A stretch of 33,323 bases of DNA from the IMG/VR virus record IMGVR_UViG_3300003971_000005, positions 1 to 33,323 of that record; one strand, given 5' to 3'. This document shows positions 9,730-18,403 of the stretch, one piece after another. Origin of the DNA: a virus. Lineage: Duplodnaviria; Caudoviricetes. Under the pieces are notes generated by a model. It saw nothing but the letters and a program-made list of their open reading frames with translations, did not search any database and was not told the DNA's origin. The stretch's first letter is position 1, and each line of letters starts with the position of its first letter. The translations under genes and the position numbers were made by a program.

Positions 9730-10322
9730 TGAGCCTCGACGATCCGGAACGTCAGCCCGACGTTTTCGAGGAAGCCGACCGTCCAGGAGGCGGAGTCGCC
9801 ATCGACGAAGCCCTCGATCTTCGGAGACGCGAATTCACAAACCGCGTTCGCCGCCGGGCTCACCTTCAACATCGGGAGGATCGGGACCGCGACGGCTCCG
9901 CCGCCGGTCGGCGCGGTCACATCGGCGCGGACTCTGTGGAGGTAGCGAACGCCGCCCTGGACGATGCTGAAGAATTGGCCGTTGCGGATTTCATAGCCGT
10001 CGCTGAAGCCGGAGATCGTGAGGCTCGATCCGGTTTGCCCGGCGCCGCTGACGATGGGCGATCCCGGCGATCCGACATCGAAGCCCGGTTGAGGGAAGGC
10101 GACTAAGAGTTTGTCGCTAAGCCCCTGGAGAAGGGCGGTAATCACCGCTCCGGCCTGGGCGACGCGCATCGGGCGACACACGACCTCCAATATCCAGCGG
10201 TCGCCGAGACGAGCGATCCGTTGATCCGGACCGCCCATGATCGGGGTGAGGGTGTTGGCGTTTGAGCGAAGCGCGAAGGTCGTCGAGGACCCGGCGGGCA
10301 AAGTTGGAAATGATGTGGTCAC
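9726..10322 (-). CDS. Distal tail protein (Dit/gpM-position)
   Basis: 198 aa directly after tape measure; QRIARLGDRW motif; GTG start 5 nt after TAAATA. Confidence 0.65.
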   Translation of the reverse strand: MTTSFPTLPAGSSTTFALRSNANTLTPIMGGPDQRIARLGDRWILEVVCRPMRVAQAGAVITALLQGLSDKLLVAFPQPGFDVGSPGSPIVSGAGQTGSSLTISGFSDGYEIRNGQFFSIVQGGVRYLHRVRADVTAPTGGGAVAVPILPMLKVSPAANAVCEFASPKIEGFVDGDSASWTVGFLENVGLTFRIVEAQ

Positions 10323-10344
10323 TTCGATATTTATCGAAGCGACC
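10317..10344 (-). promoter_or_regulatory. TAAATA element (10328-10333) at a hairpin apex
   Basis: GGUCGCUUCGAU-AAAU-AUCGAAGUGACC; 12 bp with one G-U; N5 to GTG. Confidence 0.85.
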
Positions 10345-10354
10345 TCAATCGGGA

Positions 10355-13300
10355 TTACCGGCCCAGGCGGTTCCTCGCCGAGGTCATGTTATCGCGGGCC
10401 ATTTGCTGTTTGGTCGCCATCATCCCCTGCAAGACACCCTCATTGATCCAGCCCTTCACGGTCTGAGTCAGGACCGCATCACGGGCCTCGACGATGATGT
10501 TGTTTGTGAATTGCTGGACCGGAGCCGCCCGCGATCCCGTGACCTTCATCGCCTGACGAACAACGCTGTGAGGGATGACTTGGGAGCCGGTCGGAAGAGT
10601 GATGATCTCATCGCCCTTTTCGTTGATCGTGGTCGGGCCGCCCCGCCAGAAACGGGTTCCCATGGCGTTCGAACCCATATGGGCCGACGCGCTCGATTTC
10701 GATCCGCCGGATTTCGATCCGCCGCCGCCCAGGCCGATCATCTTTAGGCCCCAGCCTGGACCGTTGCCGGTCGCGAGGCCGATGGCTTCCCACATCGCCC
10801 ATTGAATGAAGATTTTCAGAAGGCTTGCGACGACTTCCTTGGCCATGTTCGCCATAGCTTCAGAGAAAGATTCGGCGCCCATGATGGCGTTGACGAGACC
10901 ATCGGAGATCGCGCTCAGCCCTTGATTGGCGATGTCCATCATTGAGGCCGAGAAAGACTTTCCAGCCGTCTGAGCCGCCATGAATGCGTCGATCCATTCC
11001 TGGAGAGATTCCGGGCCGCGCTCGCCCTTCTGCTCATTGCCGAGCCCGGCGGTCTGCCCGGCTTTGATCCCGTCCCGGTTCCGTTGCCGTTCAGCTAGAG
11101 CGGCCTCGATATCGGCCTTGGCGTGGCCGTTCTTGATCCATTGGAGCCGCAAGGCTTCCTGTTCGGCGGCGAAGATGAGGTCATCGGCGGCCTGGGTCTT
11201 CGCCAGGGCTTGCCGCTCATATTCCTGCCGCTCATTGAGGGTCGTCGCGAGTTCGGCCTTCGCGCTTAGTTCATCGGCCTCGATCCGGAGGGCTTCAGCC
11301 GCCGTCTGGGTTCGGGTGTCGTTGATTTCAGCCTGGGCCGCCGCGATCTCTTCCGCCCGGCGGGCGGTCTCGGCCTCTTTCTTGGCGAGGTAGGTTTGCC
11401 CCTCCAGGCTGACGAGCTTTTCAGCCGCCGCCTGGGTGATCTCGCCATCAATGGCGCGTTGTTCGATTGCGCGGATGTTCGCATCACGCTCCTCGATCAG
11501 GGCTTCAAGGGCGACGCGGTGACGGTCTTCGCCGGTGGTCGCGAGAGCCCTAAGGGCCTCGGCTAATTCGCGCTCAGCGCGTTCAACCGCCTCGGCGGAC
11601 TCACGCTCGATATCGTCTGCTGACTTGCCGCCGCCTTTGCCTTTGCCGCCGCCCGTGGGTTTCGTAACCGCTGGCGGCGGGCCATAGCCTTCGACACCGC
11701 CGGGCTTTTTTGCGTCAGCCATGATTTTCGCGAGGTTGGCTTTCGCCTCGTTAAGGGCGCGAAGATTCACGGCCTCCTTTGCCGCTGCCGCCGACACTTT
11801 CGGGTCTGCCTCGACGACCCGACCAACGAGCGCGTCATAGCCACGCGGCTGGATTCGAGGGCCGTCCCCGCCGCCCATCGGGGCGCGCGTCGAGACCGTT
11901 GCCTTGGTCCGGGCTACCCGCGTTTCGCGTTGGGAATCCGCGTAGTCCGTCTTGCTCTGTTCCAGGCTTGCGGCGGCGGCGGCCCGCGCTGCCTCCCAAG
12001 CGGCGAGCGCCATGCGGCCATAAGCCGTCGTCAGCAGGTCAACACGACCGGTGAGATTCGCCGTCGCGGTGAGGGCGGCGAGTTCTTTCTCAGTCAGGTT
12101 GCCGGTCGCGATCCTCGCCTTCGATGCGGCCTTGTCGGCGGCCTCAAAAGCGATCCGCTTTTCCTCAGTCCGCTCGGCGAGATCATGGGAGCTTTCGGCG
12201 GCCTTTGCGGATTGAAGGGCGAACGCGCCCAGCGCAACCGTGATCGCCGTGATCGCAAGGCCGATGCCCGTCGCCGACATCAACGCCCGCATCGACATCG
12301 TTGCGACGACAGCCGCACGGCTCACGCCATGGATGGCTGCGGTCTTGGCCACGAGTTGTCCGGTGTGGGCAATGTTCGCGGCCATCGATCCGACCGTCGC
12401 GGCAGCATATCCACCCATTGCAATCGCCGCCCGACCGACCGCCGGAGCCATGGCAACCGACAACGCGACGACGATCACGCCGAGCGAGTTGGCGACGACA
12501 TCGAGATTGTTGGCCAGGAGCGCGAGGGCTTCGCTCAGGCGCCGCGTAACGCCAAGGCTCGCGTCTGTGTCACCCATGAACTTGATGAGCGAGGTCGAGA
12601 GGTTCGTATAGGACTGAGCGACCGTGAGAGGTGCGCGGGCCGCTTTGGCTTCAAGGCTGGCCGATCCCGCAATGATGAGGTCGAAGAACTCTTTCGAGGA
12701 CAGTTTCCCGGCCAGGACATCGGTCCGCATTTTCGCGACCGATCCGCCGTATTTCGCCGAGGCTCCCGCCGCCGCCTGGAGAAGCGGAAGCATCCCTTCT
12801 GTCATCGAGTTGAATTCTTCGGCGCGGACCGTTCCGGCGCCCAGCGCCTGGGCCATTTGGAGCATGGCGCCGGAGGATGATGCGGCGGTTCCGCCAGAGA
12901 CCCGGATCGCCGCCGAGACGGCATCGGTGACCCGGAGAATTTGCTCCTGACTTACGCCGAGTTCGGTCGATGCCGAGGCGACACGGCCATAGAGTTGGCC
13001 GAGGCTTTCAAGCTCAACGCCGTTCTTGATCGCGCCTTCGTAAAGCCGTTTCTGGACAGTTTCGAGCGCGGCGCCTTCAACGCCCGCGACCTTCAATGAG
13101 TTGGTGAACCGGGCGTAGGTGTCGGCGAGCGCGATGGCCGCCGCGATCCCGGCTCCCGACGCGATGGCGGCAATCGAGGCCATCAATTCGGTTCGGAGTG
13201 ACCCGAGGCCCGCGCCAAGACTCCGGTTTAGAGCCCCGCCGATATTCGAGTTCGCCCAGGCCCGATTTGCGCCGCGTGCAGCCTGTTGGTGTTGATTTGC

Positions 13301-13408
13301 GATGTTCTGCGCGGCCCGCGCGTTGAGGGCCTGGAGCCGCTTTAATTCGCGGTCAAAATCGACGATGTTTGCTTGGTAACGCGCTACAAGTGTTGCTGTG
13401 ACTGCCAT
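10355..13408 (-). CDS. Tail tape measure protein
   Basis: 1017 aa Ala-rich helical; tape-measure motif QMAQALGAGTVRAEEFNSM; C-terminal GGPTTINEKGDEII. Confidence 0.92.
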   Translation of the reverse strand: MAVTATLVARYQANIVDFDRELKRLQALNARAAQNIANQHQQAARGANRAWANSNIGGALNRSLGAGLGSLRTELMASIAAIASGAGIAAAIALADTYARFTNSLKVAGVEGAALETVQKRLYEGAIKNGVELESLGQLYGRVASASTELGVSQEQILRVTDAVSAAIRVSGGTAASSSGAMLQMAQALGAGTVRAEEFNSMTEGMLPLLQAAAGASAKYGGSVAKMRTDVLAGKLSSKEFFDLIIAGSASLEAKAARAPLTVAQSYTNLSTSLIKFMGDTDASLGVTRRLSEALALLANNLDVVANSLGVIVVALSVAMAPAVGRAAIAMGGYAAATVGSMAANIAHTGQLVAKTAAIHGVSRAAVVATMSMRALMSATGIGLAITAITVALGAFALQSAKAAESSHDLAERTEEKRIAFEAADKAASKARIATGNLTEKELAALTATANLTGRVDLLTTAYGRMALAAWEAARAAAAASLEQSKTDYADSQRETRVARTKATVSTRAPMGGGDGPRIQPRGYDALVGRVVEADPKVSAAAAKEAVNLRALNEAKANLAKIMADAKKPGGVEGYGPPPAVTKPTGGGKGKGGGKSADDIERESAEAVERAERELAEALRALATTGEDRHRVALEALIEERDANIRAIEQRAIDGEITQAAAEKLVSLEGQTYLAKKEAETARRAEEIAAAQAEINDTRTQTAAEALRIEADELSAKAELATTLNERQEYERQALAKTQAADDLIFAAEQEALRLQWIKNGHAKADIEAALAERQRNRDGIKAGQTAGLGNEQKGERGPESLQEWIDAFMAAQTAGKSFSASMMDIANQGLSAISDGLVNAIMGAESFSEAMANMAKEVVASLLKIFIQWAMWEAIGLATGNGPGWGLKMIGLGGGGSKSGGSKSSASAHMGSNAMGTRFWRGGPTTINEKGDEIITLPTGSQVIPHSVVRQAMKVTGSRAAPVQQFTNNIIVEARDAVLTQTVKGWINEGVLQGMMATKQQMARDNMTSARNRLGR

Positions 13409-13433
13409 CGACTATTTAGGCCGATGCAGTCAC
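13398..13433 (-). promoter_or_regulatory. TAAATA element (13413-13418) in a hairpin loop, tape measure
   Basis: GUGACUG-CAUCGGC-CUAAAUA-GUCGAUG-G-CAGUCAC; 14 bp; N4 to ATG. Confidence 0.85.
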
Positions 13434-13444
13434 TTGCTTGGTCG

Positions 13445-13684
13445 TCAGAGGAAATCAGAGAAGCGATCAAGGGCCGCTTCGTATTCTTTCTTAGTGGGTG
13501 GCTTTGGACCGGCGTCGCCGCCCTGCGCTTTCCGCCATCCGTTTTGGATGCATCGAAACTCCCAGAGGGACATCGCGTCGATATCCCTCGGCGAGAATCC
13601 AGCCGCCCCGCCAAACTCGAAATAGGTCGAGAACTTTATGAGTCCTCGCCCGTCGTCGGGTTCACCGGGGCCATCGACTCCCCC
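13445..13684 (-). CDS. Tail assembly chaperone gpT segment, reached by -1 frameshift (not in ORF track)
   Basis: -1 frame is open from GGGGGAG (13684-13678) to TGA 13445: ...KFSTYFEFGGAAGFSPRDIDAMSLWEFRCIQNGWRKAQ...DFL; classic G/GT position. Confidence 0.75.
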   Translation of the reverse strand, partial: GGVDGPGEPDDGRGLIKFSTYFEFGGAAGFSPRDIDAMSLWEFRCIQNGWRKAQGGDAGPKPPTKKEYEAALDRFSDFL

Positions 13685-14016
13685 AGGTCGGGTTGGTCCT
13701 CTTCGTTGCCTATCAGCGCGGCCAGGATCACCTTCAGGGCGACCGGCAGATATTGGAGAAGGGTGCCGCCGGTGATGTAGGTATCGACGAGCCGCTTGGC
13801 CGCCCGGTGTTCCATGCCCGCCCCGACCAGGCCGAGACGGATCGGTTCGATGATGTCATCGACGAACCACGCCCCATCCTGGAGGCGGCTCAGCATCACG
13901 GCGGGACCGCTGTTGATGCTGGCCTGGAGGGCGCGAAGCTCGCCGATCCTGAGTTCGAGCGGATAGTCGTTGTCGCCGACGAACTCCTCAATCCGCCCAG
14001 AGGTCACCGTGAGCAT
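13636..14016 (-). CDS. Tail assembly chaperone gpG (GTA-gp10-like)
   Basis: 126 aa between tail tube and tape measure; LRIGELRALQ and IRLGLVGAGM motifs. Confidence 0.8.
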   Translation of the reverse strand: MLTVTSGRIEEFVGDNDYPLELRIGELRALQASINSGPAVMLSRLQDGAWFVDDIIEPIRLGLVGAGMEHRAAKRLVDTYITGGTLLQYLPVALKVILAALIGNEEDQPDLGESMAPVNPTTGEDS

Positions 14017-14447
14017 TAGACCTCGGCGACGACGACGGGACCGGCCTGCTCAAGCGTGAGTTGGTTCTCGCCCGGCTTGGTCCGGTCGGCGGAGATTTGG
14101 AAGCTCGTCAGGACGAACGGGCCGGTGATGGTCCAATTTCCATCGGTGACGCGGGCGGTGAATTCCGATCCGGCTTCCCAGCGTTCGATCCATTCATAGG
14201 TCGAAGTCGCATCCATCATCCCGGCGCCGTCGATCTTCACGTCGAGGGATTTCACCCGGCGGAACTTCTGAGCCGGAGCGGATTGATCGGCGAGATCAAC
14301 GAGGTCGTCGGTTTCAACATCGGTCGAGAACGTAACGCCTCGCGTAGTGTTGACGACGTTTGTGTGAGCATAGACGACAGTGTTACCGGAAGGCGTGCCG
14401 ATCTGAACGAGAAGTTGGTGGCCGAGGACCGGCGTAATTGTTGACAT
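14016..14447 (-). CDS. Major tail tube protein
   Basis: 143 aa; synteny; GGAGA SD; TGPFVLTSFQISAD. Confidence 0.8.
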   Translation of the reverse strand: MSTITPVLGHQLLVQIGTPSGNTVVYAHTNVVNTTRGVTFSTDVETDDLVDLADQSAPAQKFRRVKSLDVKIDGAGMMDATSTYEWIERWEAGSEFTARVTDGNWTITGPFVLTSFQISADRTKPGENQLTLEQAGPVVVAEV

Positions 14448-14452
14448 ATTAT

Positions 14453-14484
14453 CTCCGAATTGAGTGGTGGTTCGGAGGTATTTA
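14453..14484 (-). promoter_or_regulatory. TAAATA element (14479-14484) plus SD-sequestering hairpin, tail tube
   Basis: TAAATA-C-CUCCGAA-N11-UUCGGAG(SD). Confidence 0.75.
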
Positions 14485-14507
14485 TCTTCAGGGCCGGGTT
14501 ATTCGGC

Positions 14508-14900
14508 TCAAGTCGCCTGGACGTGATATTCGAACTCGATGATTGCTTGTTCGAACTCATCGCTGCCGTCGATTTCACTTCGATAGAGGGTCGAGGTGTA
14601 ATGCCACTCATGGCAAGTGAAGCCGGTGAGGGTCGGCGCGACGTTCAACGCGGCATAGACGAGCCCGGCGATTGTCTTGGCCTCAGTGGTCGTGGCCGCG
14701 AACGCGCTGACCTCGACGTGACATTCGAAGAAATTCCCGGCCTCATCGTCGCCGATGATCTGATCGTTGCCGATTTCCAAGTAGGGCAGGGCGGCGCCAG
14801 CGGGAACGCGCGGATAGACCTTGGCCAGGACACCGGGGATCGCGGCGGCGACAAGCCGCGCATAGACCCATTTTTGGATTTCGAGGGACGGCTCCGCCAT
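14508..14900 (-). CDS. Tail terminator/completion protein (DUF3168-like)
   Basis: MAEPSLEIQKWVYARL...VYPRVP...PYLEIG; ATG 14900 in TGATG overlap. Confidence 0.8.
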   Translation of the reverse strand: MAEPSLEIQKWVYARLVAAAIPGVLAKVYPRVPAGAALPYLEIGNDQIIGDDEAGNFFECHVEVSAFAATTTEAKTIAGLVYAALNVAPTLTGFTCHEWHYTSTLYRSEIDGSDEFEQAIIEFEYHVQAT

Positions 14901-15286
14901 CACGTCCCCACTTTCAACGCCTTGCGGAACCACGCGAGGATTCGGCGCCGGTGTTTCTTGTTCATGATTTTGACGACCGGGAAAAAGAACTTCTTCGCCG
15001 GAACGCGGGAGCCGTCCGGGGCCTTGTGACCGAACTCCAGGGCGGCGGCGTATTCTTGCGAAGACGAGCCGACTTCGACCGTCCAGGTCGTCGCATTCGA
15101 TTGAAATACGTTGATCGTATCGGCGAGGTGGCCGTTGCGGGGATCGCCGCGACCAAGGGTCTTTTGGACCCGCTTCCCGAGTTCCCGAGCCGAGGTCTCA
15201 CACGCCCGCAAAGCCTCGGCCTCGGCGTTGGCGCGGTTGCTCCGGATGATTGCTTCGAATGCGCCTTGTCCGATGAAGTTAGCCAT
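14900..15286 (-). CDS. HK97 gp10-like tail component
   Basis: GHLADTI, YAAALEFG and PAKKFFFP motifs; likely start ATG 15286. Confidence 0.8.
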   Translation of the reverse strand: MANFIGQGAFEAIIRSNRANAEAEALRACETSARELGKRVQKTLGRGDPRNGHLADTINVFQSNATTWTVEVGSSSQEYAAALEFGHKAPDGSRVPAKKFFFPVVKIMNKKHRRRILAWFRKALKVGT

Positions 15287-15635
15287 GGGTGAGACCCCCG
15301 GCTTCCGCCGTGATCCAAACGAAGCGACCACGCCCGTCGAGATCACCGGTCCATTTCACGTTGAAGGTTCGGCCATCGCGGTCGATGAGCCGGTCGGCGG
15401 TCGTGATCGACCGTGTGGAGGCCGAGCTTCGAACAACGATATCGAACGGCTTGATGCCGGAGAGGCGTTGAGCGCGAACCGACTCTCCGCCTCGCGTCGA
15501 ATGGATCGAGGCCGCCACGGTCGCGACATTGGACCAAGAGCCGGTGAGATCACCGGCGGCGTTCGCCGTCGTCGATTGCCTCTGAATCGTTACAGCGTGG
15601 CGGAGATCGCCCGCCTCGATACGTGGGGCCGACAT
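15279..15635 (-). CDS. Head closure/head-tail adaptor (SPP1 gp16-like)
   Basis: AGDLRHAVTIQR...W...ATVAASI; synteny. Confidence 0.85.
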   Translation of the reverse strand: MSAPRIEAGDLRHAVTIQRQSTTANAAGDLTGSWSNVATVAASIHSTRGGESVRAQRLSGIKPFDIVVRSSASTRSITTADRLIDRDGRTFNVKWTGDLDGRGRFVWITAEAGGLTHG

Positions 15636-15637
15636 CG

Positions 15638-15868
15638 CTACTCGACCTCCTCGCCGTCGAGGTCGTCGTCGAGATCGGGATCGGAAAGGCGTTCGATGAA
15701 GTCGCCGAACTCATCATCGACTTCGATGGCGGCGTTGGCGGCCAGGGCGAGATCAGCGCATGCCTGATCGACTTCGCCCTCATATCCGGGGGGATATGCA
15801 ATCGTCACATAGCGGTTGTCGGAAGGCGTATATTCGAAGCGGCGGGTGAAGCGAATTAGGGTCTGCAT
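15638..15868 (-). CDS. Small acidic hypothetical head-region protein
   Basis: 76 aa; own TAAATA 4 nt upstream. Confidence 0.6.
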   Translation of the reverse strand: MQTLIRFTRRFEYTPSDNRYVTIAYPPGYEGEVDQACADLALAANAAIEVDDEFGDFIERLSDPDLDDDLDGEEVE

Positions 15869-15891
15869 CTCGTATTTAGCGAGATCGACCC
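15859..15891 (-). promoter_or_regulatory. TAAATA element (15873-15878) in a hairpin loop
   Basis: GGGUC-G-AUCUCG-CUAAAUA-CGAGAU-GCA-GACCC; N4 to ATG. Confidence 0.8.
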
Positions 15892-15901
15892 GTTGGCTTG
15901 A

Positions 15902-16498
15902 TCAGCCGAAGAACCCGACGCGATAGCGGGCCAAGACGGTTTCGACACCGAACGGAAGATCGATCAACTTGGCCTCAGTCGCCGCTTCCCGGTTCTCAAA
16001 ATAGTGGCCGACCAGCAGCAAGAGCGCATGGCGGAGATCGGCGGGAACGTCCTCGGGATCGTCGCCATAACCGGCGGTGAAGGTCACGCGAAGGGCGCCG
16101 GGTTGCAGCCTCATGGCGGGCCACGATTGGCCGTAAGCGGGATAGAGCCGCCCAGGCGCGATGTCGGGTTCGAAGCTCCAATCGGGTGAGGTCATCGTCT
16201 GAAGGTCGCCGTCTTCGTCGATGTAGGCGACGGCGGTAATTTCCTGGATCGGACCCAAGGGGAGCGTCACGCCTTCGCGAGCGCAAGGCCGGTCGAATGA
16301 CTGCCTCCAGGTCTGAGTCAGAAGCGCGATCCCGGCGCCGCTTGGCCCTTCAATGGTCGCCACGGCGGCCTCGATCAGGCCGTCGATCAAGTCGTCGTCT
16401 TCATCGTGAGTGACGCGAAGGTGAGCCTTCGCCTGGGCGAGGGTGATGGGGAGTTCGGTAGGCTGAATCGTTCTGACGAGGTTGTTCCAGTGTCGCAT
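15902..16498 (-). CDS. Head-tail connector (HK97 gp6/phiE125 gp8-like)
   Basis: PITLAQAKAHLRV, LLTQTW, FTAGYG, LLVGHYFENRE. Confidence 0.9.
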   Translation of the reverse strand: MRHWNNLVRTIQPTELPITLAQAKAHLRVTHDEDDDLIDGLIEAAVATIEGPSGAGIALLTQTWRQSFDRPCAREGVTLPLGPIQEITAVAYIDEDGDLQTMTSPDWSFEPDIAPGRLYPAYGQSWPAMRLQPGALRVTFTAGYGDDPEDVPADLRHALLLLVGHYFENREAATEAKLIDLPFGVETVLARYRVGFFG

Positions 16499-16516
16499 CG
16501 AGTATTTATCGATACG
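16494..16516 (-). promoter_or_regulatory. TAAATA element (16503-16508) in a hairpin loop
   Basis: CGUAUCGA-UAAAUAC-UCGAUGCG; N4 to ATG. Confidence 0.8.
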
Positions 16517-16537
16517 GTCTCGCCACCCCGTCTCAAA

Positions 16538-17059
16538 TTAGAATGCTAAGTCTGGGCGGATATTCTTAACTCGCGCTATTACCTGCGTTAGAAAGCAAGT
16601 TGCGACTCCAAAAACGCTAATGTTGGCTTCCTCCCTGAAGTCTGTTCGAATTCGCACGAACCCAACGCAGGTGTTGTCGCATGCGAGGAAGACCTTATTA
16701 CCATCCCATCCGATGTAGTTGATTACGTAACTTTGAGCATGAACAAGGCGATTGAGAGCGGCGATGAAATCCGTTTCCAAAGGATGATCAAGGCTTGTCA
16801 GATCGACAATGTACCGCATTGCGGAGCAATCAAATCTATCACTCTTCAGGCCGCAAAGCTCTACGACACGACGAGCGTGGAGGGAAAGATTGGCGAGGTC
16901 GTTAGTTATCAACTCGCTGATCTGAGGTCGGTAGGGGTCAGGAAATATCGTCCCTGAAGCCATCATTAGGCGAAGGGCGATGTCGCGCGCGTTGGTGATG
17001 TGCATCTCGATGAGACGCTTCATACTTGGATCGGTTGGGGCAGGGCGGATCGTTGGCAT
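16538..17059 (-). CDS. Moron, hypothetical protein
   Basis: 173 aa; visibly AT-richer; sits after the capsid terminator; TATGAT-N6-ATG upstream. Confidence 0.65.
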   Translation of the reverse strand: MPTIRPAPTDPSMKRLIEMHITNARDIALRLMMASGTIFPDPYRPQISELITNDLANLSLHARRVVELCGLKSDRFDCSAMRYIVDLTSLDHPLETDFIAALNRLVHAQSYVINYIGWDGNKVFLACDNTCVGFVRIRTDFREEANISVFGVATCFLTQVIARVKNIRPDLAF

Positions 17060-17065
17060 TGAGCG

Positions 17066-17071
17066 ATCATA
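17066..17071 (-). promoter_or_regulatory. Sigma70-like -10 (TATGAT) for a probable leaderless moron transcript
   Basis: TATGAT-CGCTCA-ATG, canonical 6-nt spacing. Confidence 0.45.
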
Positions 17072-17104
17072 AACAAAAAGCCCCGGAAGCGAACTTCCGG
17101 GGCC
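17072..17104 (-). terminator. Intrinsic terminator after the capsid gene
   Basis: GCCCCGGAAG-TTCG-CTTCCGGGGC followed by TTTTTGTTT. Confidence 0.9.
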
Positions 17105-17135
17105 TTCGCCTTATCCAATCGTGCGGCTGATCAGA

Positions 17136-18338
17136 TTAAGCCTTGATCGTGATCACCTTGATGGCCTTGGAATCCAGGAGTTCGGAGTCGTAACGGGCGA
17201 AGCCGATGAATCCGACGAGTCCTTGATCGGCGTAACGCTCATTGAGCCTCACGACGTTGATCCCCTTCACGGCGCGAACCGCGAAACGCTTGAAGTCGCC
17301 AAACAAGATCGGCTTTGCGCCCGCGCCAATGGAAGCCATGGCGGGGTTGATCACGTAGGAATGACCGAAGATCGTGCCGGGCTGGCCAGCGATCACGGAC
17401 GGCTGCCAGAGGTATTCGCCCGACGTTTCCGCCTTCAGCTTACGAAGAACCAGGGCGGTCGCATCGTTGAACATCATCGTCGCCGAGGCGCGATAGGCCG
17501 GATCAACACTGTGGATCAGGGTCAGGATTTCATCCGCCGTGACAGTGGTGTTGGCCGCCGTCGTGAAGGCCGAAGTCGCGGCGCCAACGATGCCTTGCGG
17601 CTTGTCGGAACCGTCGCCGGTCGTGAACGCGGCGTTGAGGGCGCGACCCAGGCGTTCGCCGATGGCCGAGTTGACGAAGCTAACGACATCGTAGCCCGAG
17701 TCCTGAAGCAACTCATCCGACACGGTGATCACGCCGGACTTATATTTGTGGGCGCCGAGGGACTTGGTGCCGAACGTCAGGCTTTCCGCGCTGACTACGG
17801 TGTTCTCGCTAATCAACGATCCAGAGTTTCCGGTGTCGTCGTTGGTCGCAACATTGAGTTGGCCGCCGCCCAGCGTCTCGATCAAGTTGACGAGGCCAGG
17901 GTTCAGCATCGGGCCGAAGGCGGCCATCGACTGAACGATCTGGGCATAGTGGGTCTGAGGGACGAGGTATCCGCCCTCGGCGCCGGTGCCGCCTACGGTC
18001 TGAGCACGGAATTCCGAACGCTCTTCACGAGACAGGGTGTCGCGGATGAAGCCGGTCCAGAGGGCGGCTTCGCGATCTTCCGCCGAGGCGGGCTTTGCGG
18101 TTTCGATCTGACGATCTTCGACCGGGCGGCGTGCGGCGAGTTCGGCCTCGGCGCGGGCTGCGTCGCGGGCTTCGAGATCGGCGAGACGGTCGGCGCGGGC
18201 GTTGAGGGCATCACTCTCGGCCAGCATGCGATCAAATTGGGCTTCGGTATCGGAGGCCAATTCGGTGTTGTCGGTGAGTAGAGCGCGGGCTTCGTGCTCG
18301 ATGCGGAGGGCTTTCTCCCTTAGTTCTTTGATATTCAT
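17136..18338 (-). CDS. Major capsid protein, HK97 fold with N-terminal delta domain
   Basis: EGGYLVP, VSDELLQDS, GDGSDKPQGI, YLWQPS, ILFGDF motifs. Confidence 0.97.
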   Translation of the reverse strand: MNIKELREKALRIEHEARALLTDNTELASDTEAQFDRMLAESDALNARADRLADLEARDAARAEAELAARRPVEDRQIETAKPASAEDREAALWTGFIRDTLSREERSEFRAQTVGGTGAEGGYLVPQTHYAQIVQSMAAFGPMLNPGLVNLIETLGGGQLNVATNDDTGNSGSLISENTVVSAESLTFGTKSLGAHKYKSGVITVSDELLQDSGYDVVSFVNSAIGERLGRALNAAFTTGDGSDKPQGIVGAATSAFTTAANTTVTADEILTLIHSVDPAYRASATMMFNDATALVLRKLKAETSGEYLWQPSVIAGQPGTIFGHSYVINPAMASIGAGAKPILFGDFKRFAVRAVKGINVVRLNERYADQGLVGFIGFARYDSELLDSKAIKVITIKA

Positions 18339-18403
18339 CGATAGTCCTAATCAATCATTTGGGTTTCTCCGTGCGATTGGCTAGGACTGAGGGGGATCGG
18401 CTT

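Noticed and set aside
11930-18281. Long antisense ORFs (11930-12880, 17121-18281 and similar)
   Set aside because: Expected mirror frames of high-GC3 genes; no start signals or motifs
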